In this document: positions 50,900-63,810 of the stretch, one piece after another
Layout: each line of letters starts with the position of its first letter
Position numbering within the stretch: position 1 is the first letter of the stretch
Assembly (NCBI RefSeq): GCF_001194135.2
Contig: NC_068996.1
Location: 55,751,142 to 55,815,141, forward strand
Direction: 5' to 3'
DNA length: 64,000 nucleotides
From: Octopus bimaculoides
Taxonomy: Eukaryota
Translations under genes and position numbers: made by a program
The notes under the pieces: model-generated
The model's input: the letters and a program-made list of their open reading frames with translations, nothing else
Told to the model about the DNA's origin: nothing
Database searches by the model: none

Positions 50900-51265
50900 A
50901 CAGTTCCTTACCAACGAAGAGTCAATGTTCTTGTATTGCAATGAAAAGCAAGAAAGAGCTTAGATGGCTGATGCACAAGGATGCTACGAATGGCCCTGAA
51001 TGTAAAATGGCTGCAGCACATGACCAATGAACACCCTATGAAAGCCTTCCAAAAGTGACCAACAAGATTAGAGAACGACGTTTGCATGCAATACCAGGAA
51101 GAAGAAGCATAAAACCTTGAACTCTGGAACGCACAACATGGTACCAACAAGTTTAGGAAATGTTGTCTGCCATTTGTTGATATCCTGAAGGAGGACACAG
51201 AATTGGATTCTGTCCATGAACTGAAGATGGTGATGATAGATCAAGATGTTTGGTGAAGTGGTTTT
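50900..51265 (+). mobile_element. RTE-like LINE 3' relic
   Basis: Fragments ...MALNVKW..HMTNEH.YESLPKVTNKIRERRL...FVDILKEDTELDSVHELKMVMIDQDVW. Confidence 0.7.
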
Positions 51266-51709
51266 GTTTTGGAGGACTGGGTGGAAGCCTGGCCAAAACA
51301 AAGAATAAGTCAGTTGTCACTGTCGTTACATGTCACGAAATGTTACGAAAATTCTCAAGGTTATTTCTTGTACTGATAAAGTCATTCTTTGCATATGACC
51401 TAACGATGTCTGAGAGGTATCCTGTAACCCAATACGACATTCATATCTCCTGCAAGGGTTTTGTATGTGCTTGTACATAACTTGGTTTCAAAATCTGTTT
51501 TTCTATTATGTTAGGAATTTCATCAAGCAGATTTTATATAATCTAAATGTAGGTCATTTAACTTGTCTACAATATTTTTGTTCATTCATTCACTCTATCC
51601 CAACAATATTAAAGCAAATATATTTCACCTAGAAATCGGGCCAAAAGATATGTACAGTAACGGGACTATATCCACTTAACGGTTCCTTAAAAATTATTTG
51701 TATTTTTAG

Positions 51710-51875
51710 ACACAGGCATTACTCTGTGGTAATAAGTTTGCTTCCCAACAAAATAGTTCCGAGTTCGGTCTCACTGAGTAACACCTTGGGCGAGTATCTT
51801 CTACTAAAGCCCCCGGTCCACCAAAGCTTTGAGAGTGGATTTGGTAGGCAGAAACTGAAAGAAACCTGCCATATC
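51710..51875 (+). mobile_element. SINE family A, 5' half
   Basis: gtggtaataagtttgcttcccaac...ccttgggcgagtatcttctacta...gagtggatttggtaggcagaaactgaaagaa. Confidence 0.85.
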
Positions 51876-51933
51876 ACACTGGGTTGTTTCTCACCAGGCA
51901 TTGCTCTCCACAAACCTTCTGCTATAATCTCAA

Positions 51934-52038
<105 letters not shown>

Positions 52039-53099
52039 TTCCACAAAACCGACGCTACAATCTTTCTTGCATTGATTTATCGCTTAGCAACATATGTTTT
52101 CACCTCATTTAAACAATTCATCCCTGGTTCAGTTACTTACCTGAATGACTTCTCACGAACGTCACCAACTGATCGATAAACCATACCTGTGTCTCTCTGT
52201 AATATTGGATTGTTGTACTCTAGTTATAATGGAAACTTTTTATTGGATTTCATCAACATTTTCACCACCCGTTTTCTCTCAACCTGTGTATAATAATTTT
52301 TCTCTCAACAATTTTTGCTGATTTTTTTTTAATAAAATTCATTTTGTTTTATATCCTTTCTACATCTTCTCATTCTTTCACAACCTTTCCCTTTTGCAGT
52401 GATCCGTTCAAATTTCTCTGTCAGAGATTCCACGTGTTTCTAACTATTCTGTTCCAATTTTCTTTACCTTTTGTCATAACCCTTTCTACTTTATAAACTC
52501 TTTCAAACTCAATTACTTTTTCTTCGGATATCATGACTTACCTCTTTCTTATTTTTTCCACTTTCTTATTTATCGATTTTGTAATTTTTCCTCTCAGCTT
52601 GTACCTCCTTTAACTTTTTTTTTCTCACCAATAGCATCGTTTTCCTCACTTGGCCTGTCTTTTTGCTTTCCTCCTACCTATGCCATATTCACATCCCCCT
52701 CCACTCACTCTTTGCTAACCACCTGCACCTCACAGTGCTCATACAGCGCCCTTCCACGGATGCTCTCCTATACACGCACACAACATCCCCACCTCTTCCT
52801 CTCTTCTTAACTCTTCCCCTTAGAACCGAATTCTCACTTTTGGCTTCTTATTATTTCATTCTTACTTATTTCCTCCTTTTCACCACTTATTTTCCTTTTC
52901 GTTTTTATGATGAAAGCCTAATGTCCGAAGCGTCAAGGACCCTTCCATTTTTCTTTCTAAGCCTTAAAGTAATAATGCCTTTGCGAAAACTTGTTCGTCT
53001 TGTGTTTTTTTCTTGTTGCTCGTGTTTTTTTGCTCATTCGTTGAAAAATATTTGTATTCTACGTAAAAATTTTCAAAGATCCCAAATTTACTGAAGAAG

Positions 53100-53700
53100 A
53101 GAACTGGGGCTAATAGTATTATAAAGAAGCGGGAACGAATCAACAACTTATGCTGGAATATCCAAATAAACGGCAAAGTTGACATGGTCCAGAGCACGTG
53201 CTCCTGGATCCTTAGGACTTTGTACTCTAGAGATACTCTTACCGTTATCCTTCTCTTCTCCACCTTCGCCTGTCCTCACCTTGAATACTGTAGACCGCTA
53301 TGATCTCCCTAGACGAAACAAAATATAAAAAAAATTGAAACTCTTCAGAGATCAATCACAAAAAAAAAAGATAGGCGACATGACAGTTCTTGAATATTGG
53401 GATTGGCTAACGAAGCTCAAATTCTATTTCTTCCAAAGTCGTTGTGAGCGCTATACCATTTGTATGCGGAAAATATATTCCATAAACATCAATCAAATGT
53501 CTTCATTATCTTTAAATTTCACTAACGCTTGGTCTCCGTGCCATCCGTCTTCTACAAAACTAGTGCTCGCGTCACATCACAAAACTAAAGCAGAACTATT
53601 TCACCTCAACTTGCCTTGTTTTCTTTTTCACCATGCCAAGAAACATAAGAGAAGAAAAGTTCTCACAACATTCAGACGGTTGTAGGGAAAATCTCTCCAA
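53100..53700 (+). mobile_element. CR1-clade LINE relic
   Basis: NLCWNIQINGKVDMVQSTCSWILRTLYSRD...PHLEYC...IETLQRSITKK..DMTVLEYWDWLTKLKFYFFQSRCERY. Confidence 0.82.
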
Positions 53701-54421
53701 TAAATTCCAGATAAATCACCTACGCCCGTAGATATCACTTCAAAAACATAACACTTTACTCGAATAGGCTACGGTGACCAAAGAATCACTGTAATATAAA
53801 ACATTAATAAATATCTTTTCCAGGTGGCGCCATTAAGTCAGACATGACCTGGGCCAATTCTGGCCAAAACTTAAGTATCTAAGTACATAGAATATTTGAA
53901 AGATGACAAACTTACCGAAGGAGAGAAATGAAATTATATTGCATAATGTTCAAACATTTTCAGAGAATATTGGCGGACGTAATGATGTACTATATTTTCC
54001 AACATAAAAATCGACATAGTATATAGTGTAAACATTCAAAACATAGTCATTATCTTTCAAAATCCCGCTGCATTTCACGTGGAATTTTCGGTTCTTCAAA
54101 ATCATCTTTGTTTAAATCAGCCTACCTTTTTTGACTGTAAATTTTTATCTGAAAAATTCGGCCTGTTCGCCGGAAAATACAGTATATTTTAAAATCTACC
54201 CAAAGTTACCTCTCTTCGGTATTTCCCTTTGATAACAGCTAAAGAGCTAGACATGCGTTTGGAAATTCAATAGGAGTCAGTACAGGCCAGATATGTTTTT
54301 ACATCTTTTACCCAAAGAGAGAATGTTTTTCTCCACGGTAACTGCAGTGAATATGTCTTTACAAGATGAAATGTCACGAACATATTTTAACTCACCTAAA
54401 GTGTGCATGTTTGTGTGTGTA

Positions 54422-55080
54422 CAGGGTGGTATTCGGGCTAAATTTGGCGATTTTTTATGCCACTTTATCAGGAAGAGCTTGATGTATTTGTGAATGGTCA
54501 ACGTCACTCAAGAGCATAAAGATTAAAATTGCGGTTGAGGAAAAATTAGTTGACATGGGGGACTGGAAGCCATCTGAATATTGGAAAAGTTTCATATTTC
54601 ATGCGGGGTATCAAAATGCCAACATCATGACTGCTGCTCAATGCTCTGTGAACAATGCGCTGTGAAAGGCTGTAAGAAGTGCCATGAACATCGTCAAGAT
54701 CAAGTTTGCCTCAAAGTGTTATGACCTTTGGGTTTGTCTCCAGTGAGGATAACATCATGCTGCCCACATCTTTGGAAAGGGCCTTAGGCTCACTTCAGAC
54801 GACTATGTGAAGCTGCTGAAGATTGTAGTCAAACGCTGGTTGTTGCTGGAAGGCTATGTGTGTATCAGCAGGATTCGGTTCCTTGTCATAACTCCAGAAA
54901 GAGTCAGAAGTGGTTGTCGGCGTATTTCTATTTCACCTGCTCCATTTTCTGGTCACCTGATTACTATGTAGATTACTATGTGTGGGATGCGATTGAGAAA
55001 GACAACAACTGCTCTGCTTGCAACACCGAGGCCGAGCTGGTGACCAAGATCTTGCCAGATTCAGAGTGAGGAAGGAATGC
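54422..55080 (+). mobile_element. Internally deleted DD37D (maT) transposon
   Basis: TA|cagggtggtattcgggctaaatttg TIR; YVKLLKIVV...VYQQDSVPCHNSRKSQKWLS...DYYVWDAIEK; same family as 17050-17822. Confidence 0.85.
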
Positions 55081-55587
55081 ACCTCTACTAATATAAATTT
55101 TATCGATGTCACATACTTATTGTATGTATTTTGTTTATGCGCTTTTAACACTCGACGTATTAAAAGGACGTTTCCCTGGATGAAATAATCCCACAGCCAA
55201 TAATTGACATCGGTAAAGTTTGCTTTATTAGAGTTGCTTCTTATTCAAAATCTAATTTTGTTTACCTTGTGTGGCGTTGCTGCATATCAGCAGAGAGATT
55301 TTACACTAACCGCAAATATACCTCAGACCAGTGATTCGAATTCGTTTCAAAGTGACTTGGGTATACGCTGCTACTGACGAGCTGAAATAACAGCGAAATA
55401 TCGATAACTACCGTGCTTGTTCCACAACGCGACGATTCAGTGATTTTTAACACTCGACGTCTTAAAAGGACATTTTCCCTACACAGAATCCCGCAGATGA
55501 TGTGTGTATAAAATATGTAACGTTGGTAATGTTTATACACACACATTCACACACACAGACACACACGCACGCACACACACGCACACA

Positions 55588-55628
<41 letters not shown>

Positions 55629-55729
55629 GGGAGAATATACAAAAAATAACAACAGACGAGGACAGGTGGTGTAAATAACAAAAGTATATATTAGTATGAC
55701 GCTCGGGAATACGGAAAGTCTTTGACGTT

Positions 55730-55775
<46 letters not shown>

Positions 55776-55777
<2 letters not shown>

Positions 55778-56036
55778 AGTGTCTACCAAACCATCTGATG
55801 ACACCGCTGGTCACAATACGCTTCCAATTCTGTCTCGATTGCGCCATTCTTGACCCAAATCGTTTAACTAAATCGTCATTCTATCGGTGCGGAGGCCTTC
55901 CAAGTGGCCTTTTCCGATCTCTTATGTACCACTCGGCAACTGCACGGGTCCATCTCTTGTCTGTGAACCTTGTGATATGTCCGGCTCAGCAGCACTTGTT
56001 CTTTTGATATTCTACGATCATTCACTCCGCTCCGTT
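55776..56036 (-). mobile_element. RTE LINE 3' fragment (same family as 5900-6600)
   Basis: RPLGRPPHR*NDDLVKRFGSRMAQSRQNWKRIVTSGV. Confidence 0.85.
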
Positions 56037-57430
56037 TCAAATTTAATTACTGAAATTTAAAATCTGGTTTTAGGTTTAACTAACCACCAGGATACGCGCG
56101 CGCACACACGTACATCCCAGATCTGCACACTTAATCACTTAAAATTCCTCGTAATAAATCGGAACATATGCGTGTGTGTGTATGTATGAATGTATGTATA
56201 TAACGTATGTATGTTTGTATCTATGTAATGTATGTATGTAATATATGTATGTATGTGTGTATGAATGAATGTATGTATGAATGTATGTATGCATGCATGT
56301 GTGTATGTGTGTATGTATGTATGTATGTATGTATCTGGATGGATGGATGGATGTAAATAAGTTCTCTGTTTCTCTTAATTTCTAGTTTACCTTCGACTGG
56401 TCACCTTCCCGGCGGCAAGGTTGTAAAGAAAAGGAAATTGTCATCGTCTCTAGTGTAAATAGTCATCATTTGAATCATAAAACGTTTCGCAAATTTTGAA
56501 CGTTCTAAAAATCGTGGTCATTTGTAGCGTGAATTAAGGAGCTACGATCTTTCTCCACAAATCCGAGTTTTAATCCTTGCCCACGTGAAAAGAGGTACAT
56601 TTTGTCATACCTAAGGGCCCCCTTCATGCCTATAATCGCCAGTTCCCCAACCAATACCTAGGAATCCGGCAAAGAGGTTCAGCAGAACATACACAAATAC
56701 ACTCATTAACACATGTGCTCTCTAACACGGTGGATATTCACCTAAAAGATCCTTCCCTTCCCCCAATATAAGACCCTACATATATAGTACTCATACACAC
56801 GCTCCATACGTACACAAACACTCCAAAGAATTTAACCGAAATATAAATAAGATACACACAAGTATTTATGCAGCTTTTGTCCCACCCTCCNNNNNNNNNN
56901 NNNNNNNNNNNNNNNNNNNNNNNNNNNNNNNNNNNNNNNNNNNNNNNNNNNNNNNNNNNNNNNNNNNNNNNNNNNNNNNNNNNNNNNNNNNNNNNNNNNN
57001 NNNNNGAAAACGCTACAGATATAGTATCACTGCATACATTTTAGTTTTACAAGAACAACCCAAAAACAAACACACATTTCTAAAAAACTCTTGTCATCTT
57101 GCAACGCCCGCAGTGGCTGTTTTTTGCCACCAAGAGATATAACTCTTAATTTAACCCTTGCTTAGATCGTTTCGTCTTTTTCACAGCAAATACAAACACG
57201 GTGTGTCTTTTCACAGCCAGCAATACAGAGCAGTATTTTCTTCTGTAACTACCATTTCTGAAGAGTGCAGGGATTACATAATCGGATTGTTATCTAGCAC
57301 CCTGTTGAACTCTTAGTGCGAAACCGATTGGTAAGATCGACTGTATTGGATATACAATACTGTACACTTCGATTAATATACCCAGTCTGTTGACAAATAT
57401 ACAACATATTTTATGGATTCTTAGACGGTT

Positions 57431-57511
<81 letters not shown>

Positions 57512-57564
57512 CGTGCGTGTGTGTGCGCGCGCGTGCGCACGTATGTATGTATCCCTTTATCGAT

Positions 57565-57818
57565 CAGTATGATCACAATGCGCTCCCTTGCATTGTTGCA
57601 ACCTCCGAATGATGTCGCTCCACTGGCTAAGTGGTCAGGTCAATATTCTCCGCTGAATGGAACGCCACTCCGTTGCAGGATTATCCATTTCCAATTGAGG
57701 GGACTGGAGCAATGTAAAATGATGTCTTGCTCAAGAACACAACGCCCGTCTGGGAATCGAGACCGCGATCCTGCGATCGCTAGTGCAACGCCCTAGCCTC
57801 AAGGTCACGCGCTTTCAC
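57565..57818 (-). mobile_element. SINE family B (variant)
   Basis: Minus: gtgaaagcgcgtgaccttgaggctagggcgttgcac...cgttgtgttcttgagcaagacatc...tgctccagtccc. Confidence 0.8.
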
Positions 57819-58529
57819 ACTACACACACACGCAAACAAACATACACACACACACAAACAAACACACTCATACACATGCACACACGCGTGCACACATACA
57901 CACACACACTTACATACACTTCAAAGTCAGGATAGATACTTTATAACCACTCTACTGTAATCCGAACTTGGCTAATTGCATCAACCATTGGGAAACATTA
58001 GGAATTGTGTTGATCAAACAACTACAGCTGTGCTCTCGTTTAATTAAATGAGTAAATCATAAGTTTTCTCCGAAGAATTTCGCATAAAGTTCCAGAGTAT
58101 ATTAAGAAAACACAGAGAAGAATAGAATATTACACATCTTTAATTAATAGTTTACAACATATAAAATACCGACACGTGTTTCCATTATGCAGGCGTTTTA
58201 GGTCCTGAATATTAATCGATCCATATTAAATCGATTATAGTATTACATAGACCCAAATATGTACACTACCATAACATTTTAAAGACGCTCCCACCTAAGG
58301 GAATTGAAAAGAACTATTAGTAGCCGCTGTATAATTAAGTGACCAAAGATCGCACAGGGCAAGGGAAATAGAAGTTTAAGAGGATAAAACGAAGAGGTAT
58401 TAATGAAATATGATATAAAAAATTTTGTTGTATTTAAGCTCAAACTAATCTCGAAGTGATCGAAGTGAAAATCAGGATATTTATAAGTTAGACAATTAAT
58501 AAGGAATCAAGAAGATTTGAAAAGGCAAA

Positions 58530-58735
58530 GCTGTTGTTTGTCCTCGACCACTGCTTGACAATTGGGTGTTGGTTTGTTTACGTGCCCGTATCTTATCTGT
58601 TCGGCATAAATCTTTGATAGAATAAGCATCAAGCTTTAAAAATGTACTGGAATCAATTTTCTCAACCAAACCCTTCTAAGCAATGCTCCAGCTAGGCTGA
58701 GTTCAATGTCTGAAACAAGTAAGAAATAAAAGAAG
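58530..58735 (+). mobile_element. SINE family A, 3' half (diverged)
   Basis: ccactgcttgacaattgggtgttggtttgtttacgtgcccgta...tgaaacaagtaagaaataaaaga. Confidence 0.78.
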
Positions 58736-58859
58736 AGATAAACCAGTATTCTTTCTATTGCCTCTGAACTCTTTTAAAGTAACTCCAACTTCCTAATACT
58801 GTTTTAGTATGAATTTTTTCAACCCCTCCGAAAACATTTGTCAGTGTGAAGCACTGGTC

Positions 58860-59160
58860 CTGTGTTTGGCTTTAAACTGCATCCGACTGTTGGACCCTGC
58901 TTCGGGAGTTCCAGGGTTCTGGGGAGAGCGGAACCACCTCTTAGTCATAATTGTTCCCAGATCGACTCTGGCCGAAATAGTAGCACCTGTTAGGGTCCCA
59001 TCTATAAATTAATTAGCATGTTATGGAAGAAACTCTAGGCACAAACACTCACTACTTTGTGAGCGCCTTAAGAAAGGAAAAGATTAGGGGAGTCAGCCTC
59101 GACAGCAAATCACGGTGTCCAGTCCCTCGGGCGGTCTACTACCCTCTTTGACACCCTTCC
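58860..59160 (-). repeat. Dispersed repeat family X plus adjacent segment shared with 38990-39150
   Basis: Minus catgctaattaatttatagatgggaccctaacaggtgctac... matches 21235-21380; 59010-59160 aligns with 39000-39140. Confidence 0.7.
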
Positions 59161-60009
59161 AACAACTTCTGGTCATTCCAATGTAAAACCTACAGATTGT
59201 TGGTCACTACTGTTGTCCGAGCCTCAGTAGTTTAACCCTGACCTTAATCCGAGTGTGATCGGATTGCATTGACTGACTCTCACTTTAAAACTGCTAAACA
59301 CAGGCAGGAAGAAAGCCCTGTAACGTTTAAGATCACTTGATAGCGTGTTGCTCTTTCTCCTGATCATCAGACTTGAAGAAACTGCCATTATATCCGTTAA
59401 ATAAAAAAATTTTAAAATTATACCCACCTATTGCATTACTATCAGTGCATTCTGATCATAATTTGCTGCTAAACATTTCTGTTTTTTTATGGAATTAGTT
59501 TCTGTTGTCAATTTTATATTGTTTTCTAAAACATGACCATATTAGTTATAATAATTTATAATCATCATCCAGTCGGGCGACTTTCCCAGACCAAAGCAAC
59601 TCTTCCACGCCAAATGTTCAAATCAAATAATGCGACACGAACGTCTGGCTTGGGTTAGGGTTTCAGTGGTCTTTTGCTAACTGAAATGTCTCATTTGCTC
59701 AGACGATGACTACAAATGACCGCAGTTATTCATTAACTGAACTCGTTGATCCTGGCCGTTGACATTTTCTTGTTTGTTCCTCCTTTCTTCGTCTGGTGAC
59801 GTTGACTCCATAAGCTCACATGCTTCACATCCACCATGCTACATCCCATGGTTTCCACGCAACGCTAGTACAAGTGGTTACATGCTATGGGTCAGAGAAG
59901 ATCTGGGAACAATAGAGGATAAAAAGTGGGTCCACGCTCCTCAAACCCTGGAATTCCCGAACAAGGGTGACACTACCAGACGCACTTTAAAGTCATACCC
60001 ATAACATTT

Positions 60010-60100
60010 ATAGTCTCTTTGGCGAACGGCTAAGTTATAGGGACATAAACAAACCAAGCCCGGTTGTCAAGCGGTGGCGGGGGACAAATACGAACACAAA

Positions 60101-60110
<10 letters not shown>
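60010..60110 (-). mobile_element. SINE family A 3'-half fragment, inverted partner of 60323-60421
   Basis: 5 mismatches in ~90 bp against the adjacent plus-strand copy. Confidence 0.88.
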
Positions 60111-60149
<39 letters not shown>

Positions 60150-60159
60150 CTATGATGCT

Positions 60160-60298
60160 GGTGCAGGCGTGACTGTGCGGTAGGAGGTTTGCTTCGCAAC
60201 TTCTTGGTTCTGGGTTCGGTCACCCAGATTGTACCTTAGGTGACTTCTACTATAGCCTCGAGCCGACCAAAGACTTGAGAGTGGATTTTATAAACAGA

Positions 60299-60332
<34 letters not shown>

Positions 60333-60555
60333 TTTGTGTTCGTATTTGTCCCCCACCACCGCTTGACAACTGGGCTTGGTTAGTTTGTGTCCCTATAACT
60401 TAGCTGTTCGCCAAAGAGACTGGTAGAATAAGTACCAGGCTTACGAAAAAAATATGTACTTGGGTCGATTTATTCGACTAAAACCCTTCAAGATGTTGCC
60501 CTAGCATGGCCGCACTCCAAAGACTAAAACAGGTGAAACAAGATTAAGAAAAAGA
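60160..60555 (+). mobile_element. SINE family A, full-length diverged copy
   Basis: ggtgcaggcgtgactgtgcggtaggagg head, (TG)n linker, 3' half. Confidence 0.85.
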
Positions 60556-60666
60556 TAGTTGTAATATTTTATCCTTGATTGGAACTAAACGACTACGAAG
60601 TGTTGCATATTATAACTGTTTCTGGAATGATGAATTAATGTAATTCTTCATGACAGTCAACAAAGA

Positions 60667-60943
60667 ACTTCAGCGTTCAGTTTACCTTGCCATTTACACT
60701 TTAGCGTTCTGACCTTAGCCGTAACCCTAACCCTGGTCCTAAACTCTAACCTTGGCCATTTACACTTTNNNNNNNNNNGACCTTAGCCGTAACCCTAACC
60801 CTGGTCCTAAACTCTAACCTTGGCCATTTACACTTTAACCTTTACCCCAATAATAACCCTAAACCCTAAACCTTAACCCTAATCCTAACCCAGATCAGTT
60901 CATTTCACAGCATTGACTACTGCGGTAAACCGCACGCTAAAGT
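60667..60943. repeat. Small element with 20-bp imperfect inverted ends enclosing degenerate (CCCTAA)n
   Basis: acttcagcgttcagtttacc vs the reverse complement of ggtaaaccgcacgctaaagt (17/20); interior taaccctaaaccctaaaccttaaccctaatcctaaccc. Confidence 0.6.
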
Positions 60944-61269
60944 AGCAGCCATATCTATTATATCACACACCTTTAGCGTTTATAATATTTGAAAATATTT
61001 TATTCACTCGGCTGAATTTTCTAGTATGTTGCAAGAAACTTAGGTTGCGGCAATGCTTGGTTGAGCATCCCAGTGGCGTCATCTTCTGTGCTACACTGCA
61101 GTATCAAGACCAAAATAACCTAGTGACAATCAGTGAATATTGAACACCCAGTGCTATCGGAAAGATGTCAGTGAACTGATAGTTATGTAATTTGTTATGT
61201 AAATTGAGAACAATTTTTAATAAGCGTATTGTCAGCAGTTGATACTGAGAAGAATTGCCAATAATAACC

Positions 61270-61480
61270 ACAACAACATTTGAAATTTGGATTGGTGCCT
61301 TCGTTTACGAATATAACAAAACAATGCCTGCTATGTGATGTGGCTTTCAGTGATGATTCTCAGAGAAGCCTTAGATGATTCCATGAAAACCTTGCGAAGA
61401 TGATTCCAGAAGAAGCCTACGAAGATATATTCTGGTAAAAAAAAAAGTGATAACAAATATCTTGAATAATTTTTAAGAGA
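61270..61480 (+). mobile_element. Possible hAT (Buster/Charlie-like) BED-finger relic
   Basis: FGLVPSFTNITKQCLLCDVAFSDDS resembles the N-terminal BED finger of Buster-type transposases; short and decayed. Confidence 0.35.
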
Positions 61481-62229
61481 TGGAAAATTAATAAATTGAA
61501 ATATATAAATTCGAATTGTGCAACAGAAACAGATCTCTAATAAAATTTAAAAAAACTATCAATACAACATACTTAATGTACGTTTGGTTGAAAACTTAGT
61601 GAACATTACTCTGGGTACATCAGAAGGGTCTTCACATATCCATCTATCATTTTTCCTGTTAGATTTTGGCTTTGGTTGAAGCTCTTCACATCAGTGAAGA
61701 ACCAAAGCATACCATGTTCATGGGGGCTTTAAACCTCGATAAGTAACCTATTGACATGGGTCAAGCTTCAAAGCTAGGAGAAACGAAATCGCCCCAGAAG
61801 TGGTCACTAGAGCGACAGATACACATTTCGGCGTTTTTGTTTGTTTTTTTGTTTTTTGTTGTTTCTGTTTTTTTGGGGGGGGGCGGTTTTTCAATATCGC
61901 GTGCTCGTGTCACTTCGAAATAAAGTCGAATTTACTAGTCTAAAGTACATGCATATATACAATGACTTTATAAATTATATACACCTGTTTGAAAAGATGC
62001 TGCATAAGTGATGTGAAGAAATCTATCAAATATAGGCATATTCTTTAAAACATTTGCCTGTGTTGGTTGATAATGGAGGACTGAAGGTGTGGTGTAGTAT
62101 TTCTCTTAACATAGCAAAGAGAAGAGAATGTTGCAGACTTGAAGAAAAAAAGTAATATTGACATGAAGCGTAGCCTCTCTTGGACCCGTGACCGTTACAT
62201 TACATCATAGTTCGAAGAACAGGAGATTG

Positions 62230-62660
62230 GTACCAAATTACAAATGAACAAAAGAGACAATGAAACCCTTGAAGTTGCAAGATGCAACCGAAAATGTCGA
62301 TTATGTTGTGTCTTTGTAGAAGACATCTCACATGATTAGCACTGGCCCAAAAATGTCATCAAGGTATTATCACCTTGTGCAACATCACGTGGTCACTAAA
62401 GTAATATACAATACCATAAAAAAAGACAGTGTTTGTATTCAATAATAGTGAGGTTCTCTCTCTATATTTCTAGGCAAATATCAACACAAGAAATATTGGT
62501 GGAACATTCCCTTGAAAACTTCCACCGAGTGTAAACGTAACAGCTCGGATGTTGTTTGAGATAGACGAGAAAAAGCATGTACCATCAAAGAGGCCAGTTG
62601 TCCTGCAAATGCAAATATCACTTTGAAAATTGAAAATCAAAGAGAAAAAGGATACATATA
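62230..62660 (+). mobile_element. R4/Dong-like RLE retrotransposon relic, second copy
   Basis: KCRLCCVFVEDISH..STGPKMSSRYYHLVQHHVVTK...KYWWNIPLKTSTECKRNSSDVV*DRREKACTIKEASCPANANITLKIEN; homologous to 44360-44655. Confidence 0.82.
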
Positions 62661-63330
62661 NNNNNNNNNNNNNNNNNNNNNNNNNNNNNNNNNNNNNNNN
62701 NNNNNNNNNNNNNNNNNNNNNNNNNNNNNNNNNNNNNNNNNNNNNNNNNNNNNNNNNNNNNNNNNNNNNNNNNNNNNNNNNNNNNNNNNNNNNNNNNNNN
62801 NNNNNNNNNNNNNNNNNNNNNNNNNNNNNNNNNNNNNNNNNNNNNNNNNNNNNNNNNNNNNNNNNNNNNNNNNNNNNNNNNNNNNNNNNNNNNNNNNNNN
62901 NNNNNNNNNNNNNNNNNNNNNNNNNNNNNNNNNNNNNNNNNNNNNNNNNNNNNNNNNNNNNNNNNNNNNNNNNNNNNNNNNNNNNNNNNNNNNNNNNNNN
63001 NNNNNNNNNNNNNNNNNNNNNNNNNNNNNNNNNNNNNNNNNNNNNNNNNNNNNNNNNNNNNNNNNNNNNNNNNNNNNNNNNNNNNNNNNNNNNNNNNNNN
63101 NNNNNNNNNNNNNNNNNNNNNNNNNNNNNNNNNNNNNNNNNNNNNNNNNNNNNNNNNNNNNNNNNNNNNNNNNNNNNNNNNNNNNNNNNNNNNNNNNNNN
63201 NNNNNNNNNNNNNNNNNNNNNNNNNNNNNNNNNNNNNNNNNNNNNNNNNNNNNNNNNNNNNNNNNNNNNNNNNNNNNNNNNNNNNNNNNNNNNNNNNNNN
63301 NNNNNNNNNNNNNNNNNNNNNNNAGAAAGG

Positions 63331-63548
63331 GCGCTAATAATTAACGTATAATTATGGGACAAATAGAGAGTAGATATTTATACACTATAATTTTTCAAAT
63401 CTACCGCGCAAGCGCACTTATAGTCGGCAGCAAATAAACTTTATGTGCCGACTTTCTTCAAAACTACTAAAATCATGGATTTGAAGAATTATAATGTATA
63501 AAGATCTACTCACTATTTGTCCCATAATTATACGTTAATTGTTAGCGC
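63331..63548. mobile_element. Fold-back MITE-like element with 71-bp arms
   Basis: 63331-63401 vs the reverse complement of 63478-63548 (~5 mismatches); internal gtcggca/tgccgac pair. Confidence 0.85.
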
Positions 63549-63550
63549 TC

Positions 63551-63810
63551 TTGCTGATGAAGAGCAATGGGATTTTACTCCACCAGGATTTGCAGTACAT
63601 CCTTTTTGAGCTCTACAGATCTTCCAGGATGAGGCTCGTCTTCTAGACTGTTGTTTTCGGCTCAGAATTTCTGGAACCATCATTAACACTGGCTTACACT
63701 TATTGTTCAAAACTCATATATTGCATTAATATTCCTCGCCCTTTCTGATGTGTTGTGGCCTTTATTGAACTCATAAAGCAAAATATGCTGAATATGCCCT
63801 TTTGTCACTT
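63551..63810 (-). mobile_element. Mariner transposase N-terminal relic
   Basis: EVTKGHIQHILLYEFNKGHNTSERARNINAIY...WFQKF*AENNSLEDEPHPGRSVEL; ends abruptly at the fold-back. Confidence 0.85.

Noticed and set aside
55146-55500. ~50 bp imperfect direct repeat (55146 and 55447)
   Set aside because: Real, but short and diverged with no structure between the copies; most likely an old local duplication.
60714-60838. Exact ~55-60 bp duplication across the 10-N gap in the CCCTAA region
   Set aside because: Same assembly-overlap artefact; also not a true telomere, as the repeats are short and degenerate.
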